Shown: positions 1-12,690, counted from the whole stretch's first letter. The stretch is DNA of 63,362 nt, filler included, from Nemertoderma westbladi (GCA_032718475.1; 3 parts of 3 records of this genome joined end to end with filler, not necessarily neighbours in it), one strand, 5' to 3'. Notes: generated by a model from the letters alone, not told the origin. Made by a program: numbers and translations.

Positions 1-1
1 G

Positions 2-338
2 ACCCGGCAACCATCGACCCAACAGACCCGTCAACCATCGACCCAACAGACCCGTCAACCATCGACCCAACAGCAACCCATTCATCAGACCCGTCAACCA
101 TCGACCCAACAGCAACCCATTCAGCAGACGCGGCAACCAATGCAAATGAACCCGGAACCTGAACCAGCTACTGATGGTGAACCGATATTCGACAAGGCCT
201 TGCGCGACGTTCAAATAACAGCTGGAGCCCAACTGAAACTCGCTTGCGAAATATCCTCCGAATTGAAACCGCAGATTCAATGGTGGAAAAATGGTCACGC
301 CATAAAGCACGGCGCCAAATTCAAATTACACGATGGAG
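2..338 (+). CDS. I-set Ig-domain gene (titin/palladin-like), internal exon, 5' end outside window; TRQPSTQQ repeats then first half of Ig domain
   Basis: Open frame from position 2: (TRQPSTQQ)n...EPIFDKALRDVQITAGAQLKLACEISSELKPQIQWWKNG; phase-1 donor G|GTAAAA at 339. Confidence 0.85.
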
Positions 339-621
339 GTAAAAACAACACCTTATTGAGTATTTTGGTTAGAAAATACATTGAGTATTTCTGAGATGCC
401 ATTGTTCTTATGAATTTGATATTTTCAAATAAATCAAATTAATAGTGTTGTCCTAAATAATTATAATTTTCTTATAATTCTGCTTGTTGTACAAGTGCGG
501 AAGTGCAGCTACTTTCTTCTAAATTCTTATCCAGTTACTCAAACGAATGTTACGTTTTTAGGGTTGAGAGAGTTGTCGCATCTGATTGAATAACTATTGA
601 CTGTTTTCTCGTTTATTTCAG

Positions 622-744
622 GAAAGAAACAAATTCTGTTAATCAACGGCGCTACCGAAAGTGATTCAGGGATTTACCTGATTCGGGCATCCACTGATAT
701 CGGAATAACAGAGAGTCAATGTAACGTTATTGTATCAGCTGGTG
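622..744 (+). CDS. I-set Ig gene exon, second half of Ig domain 1
   Basis: TTTCAG acceptor; reads GKKQILLINGATESDSGIYLIRASTDIGITESQCNVIVSAG (DxGxY motif); donor G|GTAAGT; phase-compatible with flanking exons; not in ORF track. Confidence 0.85.
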
Positions 745-1220
745 GTAAGTTGTAGGCGATAGTCTAGAAGAACTCGAGGCAATTTAATTCTTTTGTGCAT
801 CAAAATATTTCATATCAACGGTACAGTTAGTAGTTAGTTGTCTGTCTGTAGTAGGTAAAATTAAAAAACGAATTATTGTCACTGATTGGAGCTGTTTTCT
901 TCAATATACAGTCACACACCCACCCAATATAGTATTTTATTTAATATCATATGTAATTATTGTATCCCATTATTTTGCTAAATTTGATCAGTTTCATAGA
1001 TTGTTCAATGTTTGCTATACTTACCGATACTTCAATTTAATTTCAGTTTGAGATTTCCAATAAACATTTTAGGTTTCTTATGCCTAAACTATTCAACATT
1101 AAACCACCTGAAATTTGTTAAGTTCTGTACCACAATTATGAGGCCTATTTTTATATTGTTTTGTTATCGTTGAATAATTCTCGAATTTGGCCTATCTTGA
1201 TTTTTTTACACTTCACCCAG

Positions 1221-1457
1221 ATCAACAACCATTCGAGTCCCAACAGCCAACCCAGACACAGATGGACCCGAGGGGATCGCAGGGTCAGCCTCGTCAAAGT
1301 CAGCCTAGGGGTCAGCAGAAGATCCATTACGCCAACGTACAGGGGCCTCCGGTGCCCAATATGCAGGGCCCCCCAGTGGTATTACAAGGTCTCACTAGTC
1401 TGATTGTCCGAGAAGGAGACGCCACTATACTAGAATGCCGTATAGCTGGGGATCCTG
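1221..1457 (+). CDS. I-set Ig gene exon, Q/P linker and start of Ig domain 2
   Basis: CCCAG acceptor; PPVVLQGLTSLIVREGDATILECRIAGDP; donor G|GTAAGT at 1458. Confidence 0.85.
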
Positions 1458-2050
1458 GTAAGTGTAAGGGATCCAGGTGGGTACTGGGGATCCAGTTGGG
1501 ACTGGGGATCCAGGTGGGACTGGGGATGCAGGTGGGTAGTGGGGATCCATGTAATTCTAAGGGATCCATGTACATACTGTGGATCCAAAGAGGTGCTTGG
1601 GCTCAAGGTAGGTACTGTGGATCTAGGTAGCGTTGGGGATCCAGAGAGGTGCTAGTGTTCCAAGTAGGTATTGGGGATCCAGAGAAGTGCTTGTGTTCCA
1701 GGTAGGTACTGGGGATCCAGATAGGTGTTTCGGATCCAGGTAGGTTCTGGGGATCCAGGTAGATACTGTGGATATTGAGAGGTACTGGTGATCCAGATAA
1801 GTGCTTGGGTTCCAGATAAGTATTTGGGGATCCATGTATGTGCATGGATTCCAGGTACATATTGGGATCCAGATGTGTTGTTTGGATTCGTATAGATTAT
1901 TCGCCTTCAGGAACTATTGTGGAACCAAGTATCCAGGATCCGTGTATCCAGGTAGATACTGGTCATCAATGTACATGCTTGGAAACTAAGTGTGTACTGG
2001 GGATCTGGGGATCTGTGTACTGGATCCATAAACAAGCTGGGGAACCAGAT
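1447..2050 (+). repeat. Degenerate ~18-bp minisatellite (GGGGATCCAGGTAGGTACT-like) starting at the exon end/donor
   Basis: Many GGATCCAG-containing units; first unit is the exon/donor GGGGATCCTG|GTAAGT. Confidence 0.8.
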
Positions 2051-2227
2051 ACGTGCTTCTTCTTGTATCTCTGTATCTATGTATCTATGTATCTTTCTGT
2101 TGGTGTATTATTGTAGAGGTTTATCTGGGTGTAACTGTATCTGTATTTGTATATGGGGTATCAAGTGAATCCAACACTGCTTACAGTGAGAAATGTGTCA
2201 AAAACGAACAAGAAAAACTCCGAACTA

Positions 2228-4977
2228 CACCATGTCCTGGAATATAGTGCCGTTTTTCTGGTACCTGCCCGCCCCCCCCCCCCCCCCCAAAAAAAAAAAT
2301 AGAAATTTTTTTTCTACAAATCGTAATGAGATTGCATGAAATTTGAAACAGAGATAGTTTCACCTCCCTCCTCCTTCCTTGGCAGATAAGCTTTATCTTA
2401 GCGCAGTGGGTATTCAAGAGCACCGAATGCAGACTGGACAGACTGATAAGGTTCTGATTAAGGACATGGGGGCGGTTGGCGACTCGCCCTCGCATCAGTA
2501 GATGATAGTGGCAATGGTGGAACTGGTCTATTGATGAATCCGTTGAATAAGTTGATGAATAAGTTGATGACAAAGCACCCACCAGATAGGCGCACTTTCC
2601 CATCTCCAGACCCCAGTATTAGCCCACTCACAGTATCAGCTGCAGCAATCAAGACAGCCATTGACAGCTTTAATCCTGGCTCTGCCGCAGGTATTTCTGG
2701 GTTAAGACCACAACATCTGCAAGATGCAGTCTCCAAAAGATCTGGAGAAGCATACATATCCCTTTTGGGCTCGGTCACGTCACTGGTCAACAAGATCTTA
2801 TCCGCAGATGTCCCCCTTTCAGTTCGTCCTGTCCTAGCTGGACCCTCAATGACAGCTTTCCTGAAGAAAGGAGGCGGTATCCGGCCTATCGCTGTAGGAG
2901 AGACCCTCAGGCGTCTAACAGCCAAATGTGCCACTAGATCAGTCTCTCCAAAATTTGCCACTGAGATTTGTCCTACTCAACTCGGTTTTGGTATACCAGG
3001 CGGATGTGAAGCCGCTGTTCACCCTGGCTGTCTTAGGTTTTTGTGAAGGCCTCCATCAAAAGCTTGCCATCTTCCAGACAGAGTTGAAGGTAGGTTATGT
3101 AGATGATGTGAACTCAGCAGGTAATTGGGAGAGAGTTCTTTCCAATTTTTTGGAGTTTCGTTCCTCATGCGAAGACATTGGACTCTATCTGAATGAGGAA
3201 AAGTGTGGCTGTGTATTCTCCACCCAGATGGCTATGACCAAATCCTTGACGCCTTCAAATCAGCCCGCCCCAGTATTAGAGAACCCCTTGGGGATGACCT
3301 ATGTCTTCTTGGGGCACTATTAGGAAGTAATGCCCTGAGTTCTACTCTCAAGGAGATGGTCGAAATGATCCATCTCTTTCACTCCCGCCTAAAGAAACTG
3401 CGACATCATGATGCATTTTTCCTCCTGAAGAACTGCATGACAATGCCTAAACTCACGTATATACTGCGTAGTTCACCCACCTTCCATCGCCCTGACCTCC
3501 TAGATCAGCTTCACTCTCAACTAAAAGATACACTGGAGGAAATTACGTAAAAATGTCTCCAGACTCTTGGGATCAGGCAACCTTCCCCTGACGGTTAAGA
3601 GGGTTAGGAGTGCCACTTGTATCCCACATTGCACCAGCCGCATTCCTTGCATCACTAAACAAGAATAGGGACCTGATAGCAAAGATTATTGAGCCAGTCT
3701 CCACATTGCCATTCTATGCAGAGGCATTATCTTCTTGGAAAAGCCTTCTATCTGTTCCCTCACTTCCTGAAGAACCATCCAATCAGCGGAATTTGATGGA
3801 GCCCATCCTGCAACATCGGGTTGAAAACCTCTTCCAGCGATCTGACCTTACCTCACTTTCTCGCCTTAAAGGGTGCAAGGCACCAGGATCTGGTGATTGG
3901 TTGAATGCTTTGCCATCTGCTACACTTGGCCTAAGGTTAGCAGATGGTGATTTTGGTATTGCTGTGGGTCTTTGTCTTTGCGCACCGGTTTGTTCATCAC
4001 ACCCCTGTGTGTGTGGCGCCATAGTTGATTCATCAGCCCTCCACGCACTAACATGCAAGCATACCAAAAGCCGTCACGCCGGCCACAGACTAGGTAATGA
4101 TGCCATTCACCGTGCTCTTGGGTCAGCTGAAGTACCATCCTCCCTGGAACCCATTGGATTGTGCCGAAATGATGGTAAACGGCCAGATGGTGCGACCTTG
4201 CTCGCATGGTCCAGGGAACTCTCCCTAGTATGGGATTTCACCTGTACTCACCGACTTGCCCCATCTTACCAGGCCATAGCGTCTAGCGACGGTTCATCTG
4301 TTGCCAATTTAGCAGAGGACCGAAAGAAAGGGAAGTACAATGACCTGTCTCCGAACTATATAGTACAGCCTGGTGCAGTCGAGACCTTGGGTGTCGTTGG
4401 TACTACAGTAGATACCATGGACTTCCTCCGCGAACTTGGCCGGCGTGCAGAGAAGGTCAGGGGGAATAAGAGGGCAACTGAACACCTGCGTCAACGCATT
4501 GGGGTCTGTGTGCAGGCAGGTAATGCTGCCTGTATCAAGGAATCGTTTGGATCAGGCGGCAACTGAATCCAGTGAATATATTAAGAATAACGAAGATGAC
4601 GATTCATTAAACTTATTATTTATAGATATATATAATAGTATTATAATTATTTATTCTTAAATAGTTACCGTTCTAGAAAATAAATAATTGATAAATAGAT
4701 AATTGATTTCCTACTATTCAGTAATAAAAAAAAAAAGTTTATTTGTTAAATAGAATAAATTAACCTCGCGCCGGCGCAAAACCATGCAACTTTCGATTAC
4801 TCATATCTCAGCTATTTTACGATAAAATTCAGATTGTGATACATATTTGGAATCCTTGCATGGCCAGCTTTCTAACTGTACCTCTAAATCACTATAAGAC
4901 TGAAGAATAACTGCGGTGTAACTGGTGCAATATCGACTAGGTACCAGAATAACGACACTATATTCCAGGACATGGTG
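2228..4977. mobile_element. Tc1/mariner-type MITE (host of the CRE insertion)
   Basis: ~39-bp TIRs CACCATGTCCTGGAATATAGTG... at 2228 and its inverse ending 4977; TA on both sides. Confidence 0.8.
2380..4736 (+). mobile_element. CRE-clade non-LTR retrotransposon (RT plus restriction-like endonuclease), 5'-truncated and decayed
   Basis: IRPIAVGETLRRL, QLGFGIPGGCEAAVH, YVDD, WLNALPS, CxCG...H...C finger, RPDG..W...LVWDFTC, AEDRKKGKY, QAGNAACI; frameshifts and deletion of the middle RT motifs; A-tail 4726-4736. Confidence 0.9.
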
Positions 4978-5133
4978 TACAGTACCTGTGTACAGTAGTT
5001 TGTTAGCTTTATCTGATTATGGTAGGCCTTAGTTTGAATGCGTAAAAGGAATGTAATTTGTAAAAATATAATTATAAATTTTGACTTGCTTCTAAACATA
5101 TCACTTTAAACTCTTAAATGCTATTTGTTTCAG

Positions 5134-5289
5134 ATCCAGATATTTCGTGGTTTTACAACGGAAGAACAATTAGTCCGAGCGATTACGTTATTTTATCTCA
5201 GGACGACGGAGGTCTAGCTAGATTGCTACTCACCTGCCCCGTGGAGAGTGATACCGGTACTTATTCCTGTCACGGACGGAACGCATTCG
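5134..5289 (+). CDS. I-set Ig gene exon, core of Ig domain 2
   Basis: TTTCAG acceptor; DPDISWFYNG...LLLTCPVESDTGTYSCHGRNAF; donor G|GTAAGT at 5290. Confidence 0.88.
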
Positions 5290-5520
5290 GTAAGTTGTCA
5301 AGGTTGGAACGCATTCGGTAAGTTGTCAAGGTAGGAACGCATTCGGTAAGTTGTCAAGGTAGGAACGCATTCGGTAAGTTTGTCAAGGTTGGAACGCATT
5401 CGGTAAGTTGTCAAGGTTGGAACGCATTCGGAAAGTTGGTAAGGACGGAACGTATTCAGTAAATTGTCAAGTTCGGAACGCATTCCTCAAGTTGTCAAGA
5501 TTGGAACGCATTCGGAAATT
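5278..5520 (+). repeat. 28-bp minisatellite made of exon end plus donor (GGAACGCATTCG|GTAAGTTGTCAAGGTT), ~8-9 copies
   Basis: Directly visible tandem copies that decay distally. Confidence 0.9.
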
Positions 5521-5559
5521 TTGGATGAAGATACGCATTTGACAAAATGCATTCTATAA

Positions 5560-7100
5560 GCTGTCATGGACGAAAATGCTTCAGTGAGTTGTTTGTCAAT
5601 GACCAAACGCATATGTCCCATGTACCTTGGAAGGGACAAATAATGATTTAGAACACCTCTGTAATGACTTTGTCCAGTCTGTTTTTGTAAAAAAAAACTT
5701 ACGGGATGAACTGCTGCAGGAAAGGGGTGTCAGAGTAGTCCTAGAAGCAGTACTACTGTATGTACACTCTCGAACTAACTTTCCACCTGCGACGCAACCA
5801 ACTCCCACAGTCGAACCCAAACCATGAGGGACGTCCTTACTTGATGATGACTGGAACTTCCCCCGAAATCCAGCACTACCACGGGGATTCCACAAACCCA
5901 TGATACTGGAATACGCATTAAAAACTCGTTCAGTGTTTTTGACAAAATCAAACTCAAGTTTCTCCTTTTGAATAATCCAAAGATTATCATAACACTGATC
6001 GCACCCCTAATTTAGCTTCCTACTACCTTTCACAGCGCAATCTACAGTGTCAAACTAAAATTTCATCCATCCTTCATACTATCGGGAGCAAAATCGGGAT
6101 GATATCGCCCCAAATTTAGCTGACCACATTGCCTCCAATCAATTAGCATACCAGAAGAAGATAGGAGCCGATATCATTACGGGCATAACTTACGAATTCT
6201 TAGAAAAGCACTGTGAAAGCGACAAGATGTGCCAACTTAATATTCAGGGAGCTTTTGACAATGTAAAGAACTCGACTCTGTTTGATAAACTCTCATTAAA
6301 ATCAAGAATCCCTATTAGTGTTGTACTCTTAAAGCATTATGCAGTCACTGTCGCCTATAGTACCTCAAGTTCGGAAATAGGATAGACGAAACTTGAATAC
6401 CTACTTGGATTTTCTATTGAATTTATGTGGATTGTAACCTTGGCTTACGTGGACAATGATATATTCTTTGCTAGATCTCGTGAGGAGCTACAGTAGATTG
6501 CATGGTTGCCCTTCTATAGCTCAATTGGTCTGTTGTTTGAAGCTGATAATACTAAATTCAATTTCACTTCCATTGAATCCACCCGAAGTTCAAAAACATG
6601 TCTAAATCCGATACAAAATCGAAACTCCGAGTACCAACAACATGACCAGTATGTCAGAGGGCTTTGTTCGCAAAGGGTGGACCGTGCAATAAATTGACCC
6701 CAATAAGCGCAGTAGCTCTTCCTTCCATCTTGTACTACTGTACACAAAGTTTAAGACCGGGAACATGTCACCTATTGAAATCAACAAGTTGATGCAGCTT
6801 ACAGAAAGTCACTACACAGGATGGTATATCAATGGAATTATGTCACTAATAGAACACTCGATGAATTATTGCATTGACCACCACTATCACACGAACTCTT
6901 CAGAAGCAATACCGGCACCCTGATCCGTATAGTCACATGCCCCAATGATTTGGTACAGATCTTTCTACAGAAGGCGTCGTGGAATCTGAGCGGTAGGAAA
7001 TATACCTACTGTATCAACTCACCTACTGTAATGTACAGAAAGCTCCACCCTGTGCCAACAGTGTCTTCCCTCTTGACTTTTAAATATAACCAAAAGACTT
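5560..7100 (+). mobile_element. Heavily decayed non-LTR retrotransposon RT remnant in intron (boundaries approximate)
   Basis: About 6101-6500 reads NQLAYQKKIG...LNIQGAFDNV...LAYVDNDIFFARSREEL (degenerate RT motifs). Confidence 0.6.
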
Positions 7101-7755
7101 TTAGTATTAAATAGGAAAGAATTCGCAGCAGCTATTTAGGAATTTAAACGGGGCTCTGAATCTGACCTGTGTCTCAAACAATCAACTGGCTTACCTGACC
7201 TACATCAACCTTACTTGCCGTTCTTCCATCACATAACAACTGTAGGCCTACACTGTTCTCTGTGCCGTGTTTTAGCCCGATCCACACTAAACTTTAACCT
7301 TGCTCGATTTCTCCATCACGTAACATCTGTATCCCCCTTCTTTGTGTTCTTTGTGCCATGTTTTAGCCTGATCTAAATTTTATCCTTGCTGTGTATGTTT
7401 TTAATGTTTCTGTTTGGGCAATTTTGGCTATCTTCTCCTTTCTGTTTTCATTTAATATCTATTATCCGTATATCTATTATATATTATTTGTCCGCTCTTT
7501 TCGAATTAAAAAAATATGATATGATATTCAAAGCGTTATTCAATGGTTTTTTGTCACCAATAACTAAAGTAGAACTTCACACTTCTCGGCTCCAACTGAT
7601 TTCATTCAGATCACAAGTGAACGAAGAAACGAGCAAGTGCAATAGCAGAATAAAGTAAACCAGTTTGGAACGCTTTCAAGCAACCTTTTACATTTACTGC
7701 TAATTTCACAACCTTTCTGATGTACAGTACCCCCATTATTTATTTATCTTTCCAG

Positions 7756-8207
7756 GAACGGTGCAAACTAAAGGATTGCTCACAGTTCAACCCGAAGTAG
7801 AAAACGCGATAAACCAAGGTAACGACCCCGGCCAGTACGGAATTGTACAGAGTGGTCAGCAACCGGTACAGCAGTACTATGAGACCGAACAACAGGGGAC
7901 TGCGGACGGCACCCAGTACTACCAAAGGAACGCCTACCAGGAAGGATCGCTACCGGGGGGCAGGTATCAGAAGTCCCAGAGTTCGGTGCAGACGTCCAGC
8001 CAGACGTCCCAACGTCCTGGCCAGCAGCAGCAGCAGCAGCAGGTGTACCAGCAGCGGACTAGCACGGCGCATCAGCAGGGGCAGTCAGTGTACCAGAGGG
8101 GTGGGGGTCCGCAGCAGAATACCGGCGGCAACTATAGCAGACAGTCGCAGCAGATAGCCGGGCCGCAGGGGGACACTCATAGTCAGTATGTCTACAGAAC
8201 CTACTAG
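7756..8207 (+). CDS. I-set Ig gene terminal exon: last Ig strand plus Q/G/Y/S-rich tail
   Basis: TTCCAG acceptor; G|GA gives NAFG-TVQTKGLLTV, completing the Ig G strand; stop TAG at 8205-8207. Confidence 0.85.
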
Positions 8208-10225
8208 GACTATTTGTTCTAGAACACAGAAACCTAACAACTGAACAAACTGGAACATTTTTAGATAATGGATGATTAATTTCACACAGGCGATCAAGAT
8301 CACATACATAATTTTTCGAGAGGACTTAGGATATTTCGAAACGAGCAATGGATTTTAGAGAAACAATTAAAAATTCTAGAACATTAAATAATAGTATTTA
8401 GTAATTCTTTATATCTAATCGCGTTCCTCACTGCGCTGTGTGGAATGCTGTAGATTGGATTACCAATTGATCAATGTGTTTTTTTTTCGCTTTTTTAGAT
8501 TAAATGAATATAACTACTGTATGCTGTCCGTAATAGTATATTATGTATTTGCCATTCATTAAATATTGGCCTTTTCATATGATTTAGTTTGCTAATGCCT
8601 TATATTGTGCCTACATCATGTTAATTGTTATGTTACAATGAGTGCAGTTATTATATAGTTGTAGGTTGATTTGTAGTTTTATTGTTTATTATAATTTATT
8701 GGTGACGAAAATGGTTTTTACGATTTACGAAACATGTTGCGTGATTATCCCTCCCTATATGCACTTCGCCAACCCAGAAACCAATCACACTATTAGCCCA
8801 TCAGCCATATATCGGCAATAATTATCACCCCCCAATGATCAATGATGGGGACTGCTACCTACCAAGGTCAAGATAGGCCAAGGCATAAGGCCCAGTAGCA
8901 AAACAAAGGGAGGTTCACGTGTTGCGCAATCTATCATATTGTCATTGGGACGGTAAACATACTGTGCATATATATTGCCATTGTGTGTACATTACAGGGG
9001 TGATCCATAAGTGACTCCCCAATATTGTGTTACTGCCTTGCTGGATGGAGAGCTGGCTAATCGATTACTTAAACCAATCGATTAGCCACAATGTACAAAG
9101 ACCGACTTTTATTATTCAGTTAGTGCGGTGCCATTGCTTCGTACAAGCCCAGACTCTGGGACATTAGCGATTTATTCAGAATTCCTGTCATACCAATCTG
9201 AGATCCTGACAGACCCAGTATACAGAGAAGAGAACTTCACCAAACCTGCTAGAGCAGAGAACAGATCCAAAGCGGAACACAATCAAGCGAATCGTATGCC
9301 TCGAAGGACACAGTCGATGCCATATGCAATAGCAATAGATGAGGAGGGTACTACAGTACAAGTCCACAAATATGCGGTCTAGCACATGTCACGAAAGAGG
9401 AGACTACAAGTTCAAAAAGAGTGTCGAAAACAAACCGGTTCTTAGTACATTACATTGAATTACATTACATTGCAATATCAGAAGTGTTATAATTGCGAAG
9501 TGCTTAATGTTGTTAGGCTTATGTTGTAAATAATTTTAACTATCCAAAATCATTGGGATCGCTTTAAATATGGTAATCTTGTGAACGTTCATAACACGTT
9601 CGTGGGGCCATCGCGAAGGACGAGGCTCAGTTATTAGATACAGATTATAATTGAGCAATTCTATCCTCAAATCGGTACTTAAGAAATGTAAATAAATAAT
9701 TAAGAAAATTTAACCAAAAGCAATAAGAATAAATCAAAGAAGAGAAGAAAGATCCCCCCACCCCTGCTTCAACCGCCCTCTTAATTAGCACAACCCCAAC
9801 CCAAAGGAGCACAGGGGATTAATGAAAGGCAGATAAAGCAAGCTGGCTTATTAGTCTGGTACCTTTACCTTACACTACAGTAATGTAGTGGCTATGTCCT
9901 ATTGATGTAATTACCCGTTGCCAAGTAGTGCTGAGGTGGTTGGACTATGGTTCCCAGCGCCAGCAGATAGGCTAGGCAATATCAAGCATGCCAAATTAAT
10001 GAGGGAGCAGGAAGTATAGAGATTCGGTGGCATTTTGATAACTTAATTACGTTTAGATCAATTGAAAACACATTTCTTATCTCTTGAACTAATTAAAAAC
10101 CATAATGGAATGGGTTATGGGGAATACAGTTATATAATTTTGAAGTATAATTATTTAAATCTTATACTAGAAAATAATTAATATCCTTTAAGAGGCAGGT
10201 TGAAATTGCTGATTTTACCCTAATC

Positions 10226-10610
10226 AACTTAATTAACTAATTAACTGCTATTATCTTAGCTTCTCGAAGGCCACACGGAAATTCAACTTGGAAAATTTCA
10301 AAAGTTTGGCCAGACTACATGTGTACCAAGTTTGGTTAAATTTCATTAACATTTGGCTGAGTTATTAACCAACTTAATTAACTAATTAACTGCTATTATC
10401 TTAGCCTCTCTAAGGCCACACGGAAATTCAACTTGGAAAATTTCTAAACTTTTGCCAGACTACATGTGTACCAAGTTTGGTTAAATTTCATTAACATTTG
10501 GCTGAGTTATTAACGTTTAAAATTGGACACAACAGAACAACAGAGCAACAGACACACCGATTGAGTTAGTGGTACCTGTATGCTAAGCTCGCTTACTTTC
10601 GTCGCTCGCC
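10226..10610. mobile_element. Probable non-autonomous Helentron-like (HINE/pearl-type) element with two 145-bp core repeats
   Basis: Near-identical direct repeat 10226-10370/10371-10514 containing CATGTGTACCAAGTTTGG, then an ACAGA-type microsatellite-like tract. Confidence 0.5.
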
Positions 10611-10853
10611 CTACATTTCAAACATCGTGCATATTTTAGGTATAGTACAGTACTGTTGATTCAAATAAATGGACGCAAAACTGAACATTGTAACAACGTT
10701 AAGTTTATCACAGATACGGCATATTATTGTAACAGATGGATTTTTGGAATTTTTTATACAGTTTATGCTTAAATTATGTTTTCGATGTATGAAATTTCAA
10801 ACAGAGATAGTTTGACCTCCCTCCACCTTTGAGGGTATTCTATTCTGAATTGT

Positions 10854-10947
10854 ATTATCAAATACATTACTTTTGAAATCCTTACTTTTGAACACTATGG
10901 GTATAGTGTTCAAAAGTAAGGATTTCAAAAGTACTGTATTTGATAAT
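10854..10947. repeat. Near-perfect palindrome, 45-bp arms, 4-nt loop
   Basis: ATTATCAAATAC...GAACACTAT-GGGT-ATAGTGTTC...GTATTTGATAAT, one mismatch. Confidence 0.9.
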
Positions 10948-11889
10948 GCACCTTTTTTTTTAATCAGAATTGCACAAATTACAAAATTTTGAGAAACCCA
11001 ACAGTCATTCCCTTATTAGGAGGAAATCTCCCGTTGCTATGGCAATAAATCATTGCTTTGTTAAATAAAATAACTAGAAGACCCCATATACTTTTAATTA
11101 TCAAAAATCAATACAATTATTAACCTATAAGGCGAATACAATACCAAAACGAAGCTCGAACTGCATAAATAATAAAATATGACCGTTGCTATGGTAACAA
11201 TATAATAATGACTTCGGTTGTTATCATGAATGTTTCTGATGGATATTCTACATACTACAAAATGTTTCCGGTTGCTATGGTAATAAGAAAAGACCTGCTG
11301 CGACAGTAAATAATTGTCTTGGGTTATGAACATGTAAGGTAATTGACCCTAAATGGATTTCTTTTTTAAACTGATAGTAACTATATTTAAAGTGATGAAA
11401 CATTACAGAAGTTTATTTTTTGCTAGTTCCCATGGTTACATGGTAACTGCCAAACCGTTTTTATCGTGCCACCATTAAAAATATAGAGTGTCTTATTGAC
11501 AATATATTTGGAATGTTTCATGATTTTAGCACAAGAACACGGATGACACGTATTTGGCAATGGTTTGGAAAACTATTGCTATTTGCAAAAATTTTCGGTA
11601 AAAACGACAGACGTATTTCGAGAAGTTGTCATAGTAACTGGATTCTAAAATCTACCTCAACGAAATCTCTGATTTCGGTTTAGGGGGGTAGGTCAAGGTT
11701 AGAATTATTGGCGTTTTGTAAATGACCTATGTTGCCATGGTGGAACGGGACCCAAAAATTCACAATTGTACTTGGCAGTTGGCATCCGGCGGATTCGGAA
11801 TCAGAAATTGGAATTAAATTCGTTTCAATTGGAACTAACTTCGTGCTACTTGTTGAATGTAAATAAATATCAAGTGGGACTTCTATGCC

Positions 11890-12134
11890 GCACCCCTCTA
11901 TCAACCTAAGTTGTTAAATAACAAACCTCTGGCCTTTGCTTGTACATTGTACAAGGAACAGATGGCGAAATTTATAGGAAAGAGATAATAATGCCGAGCT
12001 ACAATAGATCCCCCTGACTCAATCACTACAGACAATATTTACTACCTGACGACCCACCACTATGTAGAACGTAGCGACAAACCGGGTAAAATAAGAGTCG
12101 TCTTTGACGGATCCGTCCATTACAGGGGACAGTG
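11890..12134 (+). mobile_element. BEL/Pao reverse transcriptase fragment
   Basis: YYLTTHHYVERSDKPGKIRVVFDGSVHYRG matches BEL RT YLPHHxV...KPGKxRVVFDAS. Confidence 0.75.
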
Positions 12135-12467
12135 ATGAATTCTAAAGATTTGTGGTTGGAATTTGCTGCAAATGCATGGTGAAATTTAAACTTTATTTTT
12201 AGCATACATTTTTCATTGTTAAATGCTGGATTGGGTATACAATGTAGGGCCTACTAGAAATTCTAATTTCAACTAAACAGTTGCAAATTGCAACTGAAAA
12301 ATAGTAAGTACTACCTTGTTAACTAGTTTTGTGCCTACTGCCTAGTAACCTAGTTACTTTCCTTCAGCGGACTACAGCGGCCAAGAAGGCAGTCTAGGTC
12401 CCTGAACAGAACACTGAACAGGCAGTTCTCTGTTAATCATAAGGAGCTAATAAACCAACAGGTTGAT

Positions 12468-12690
12468 GCCAGGAAAGTCTGGAAATAAATCCGACGAAAT
12501 ATCCGGTGGAAAATCTAGTGAGATGTCTGGTAGACAATCTGTCGAAAGATCCATGAAACAATCTGGCGAAAGGTCTGGAAAATAATCTGGTGGACAGTCT
12601 GGCGAACAATCCGGCGAAACGTCTGGTGAACAATCCGGGGAAACGTCTGGTGAAACATCTCGCGGAACATCCAGCAAAATGTTCGGTGGT
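12468..12690 (+). repeat. Degenerate 12-bp tandem repeat (TCCGGCGAAACG-like)
   Basis: Periodic TCYGGNGAA units giving spurious SGEQ/SPDV peptide repeats. Confidence 0.75.

Noticed and set aside
2-8207. Ig gene as the C-terminal part of the Trio gene
   Set aside because: Different contigs, no kinase or GEF exons seen, no supporting similarity
8760-9440. Possible Gypsy integrase C-terminal remnant (YAIAIDEEGTTVQVH)
   Set aside because: Motifs too weak to support a call
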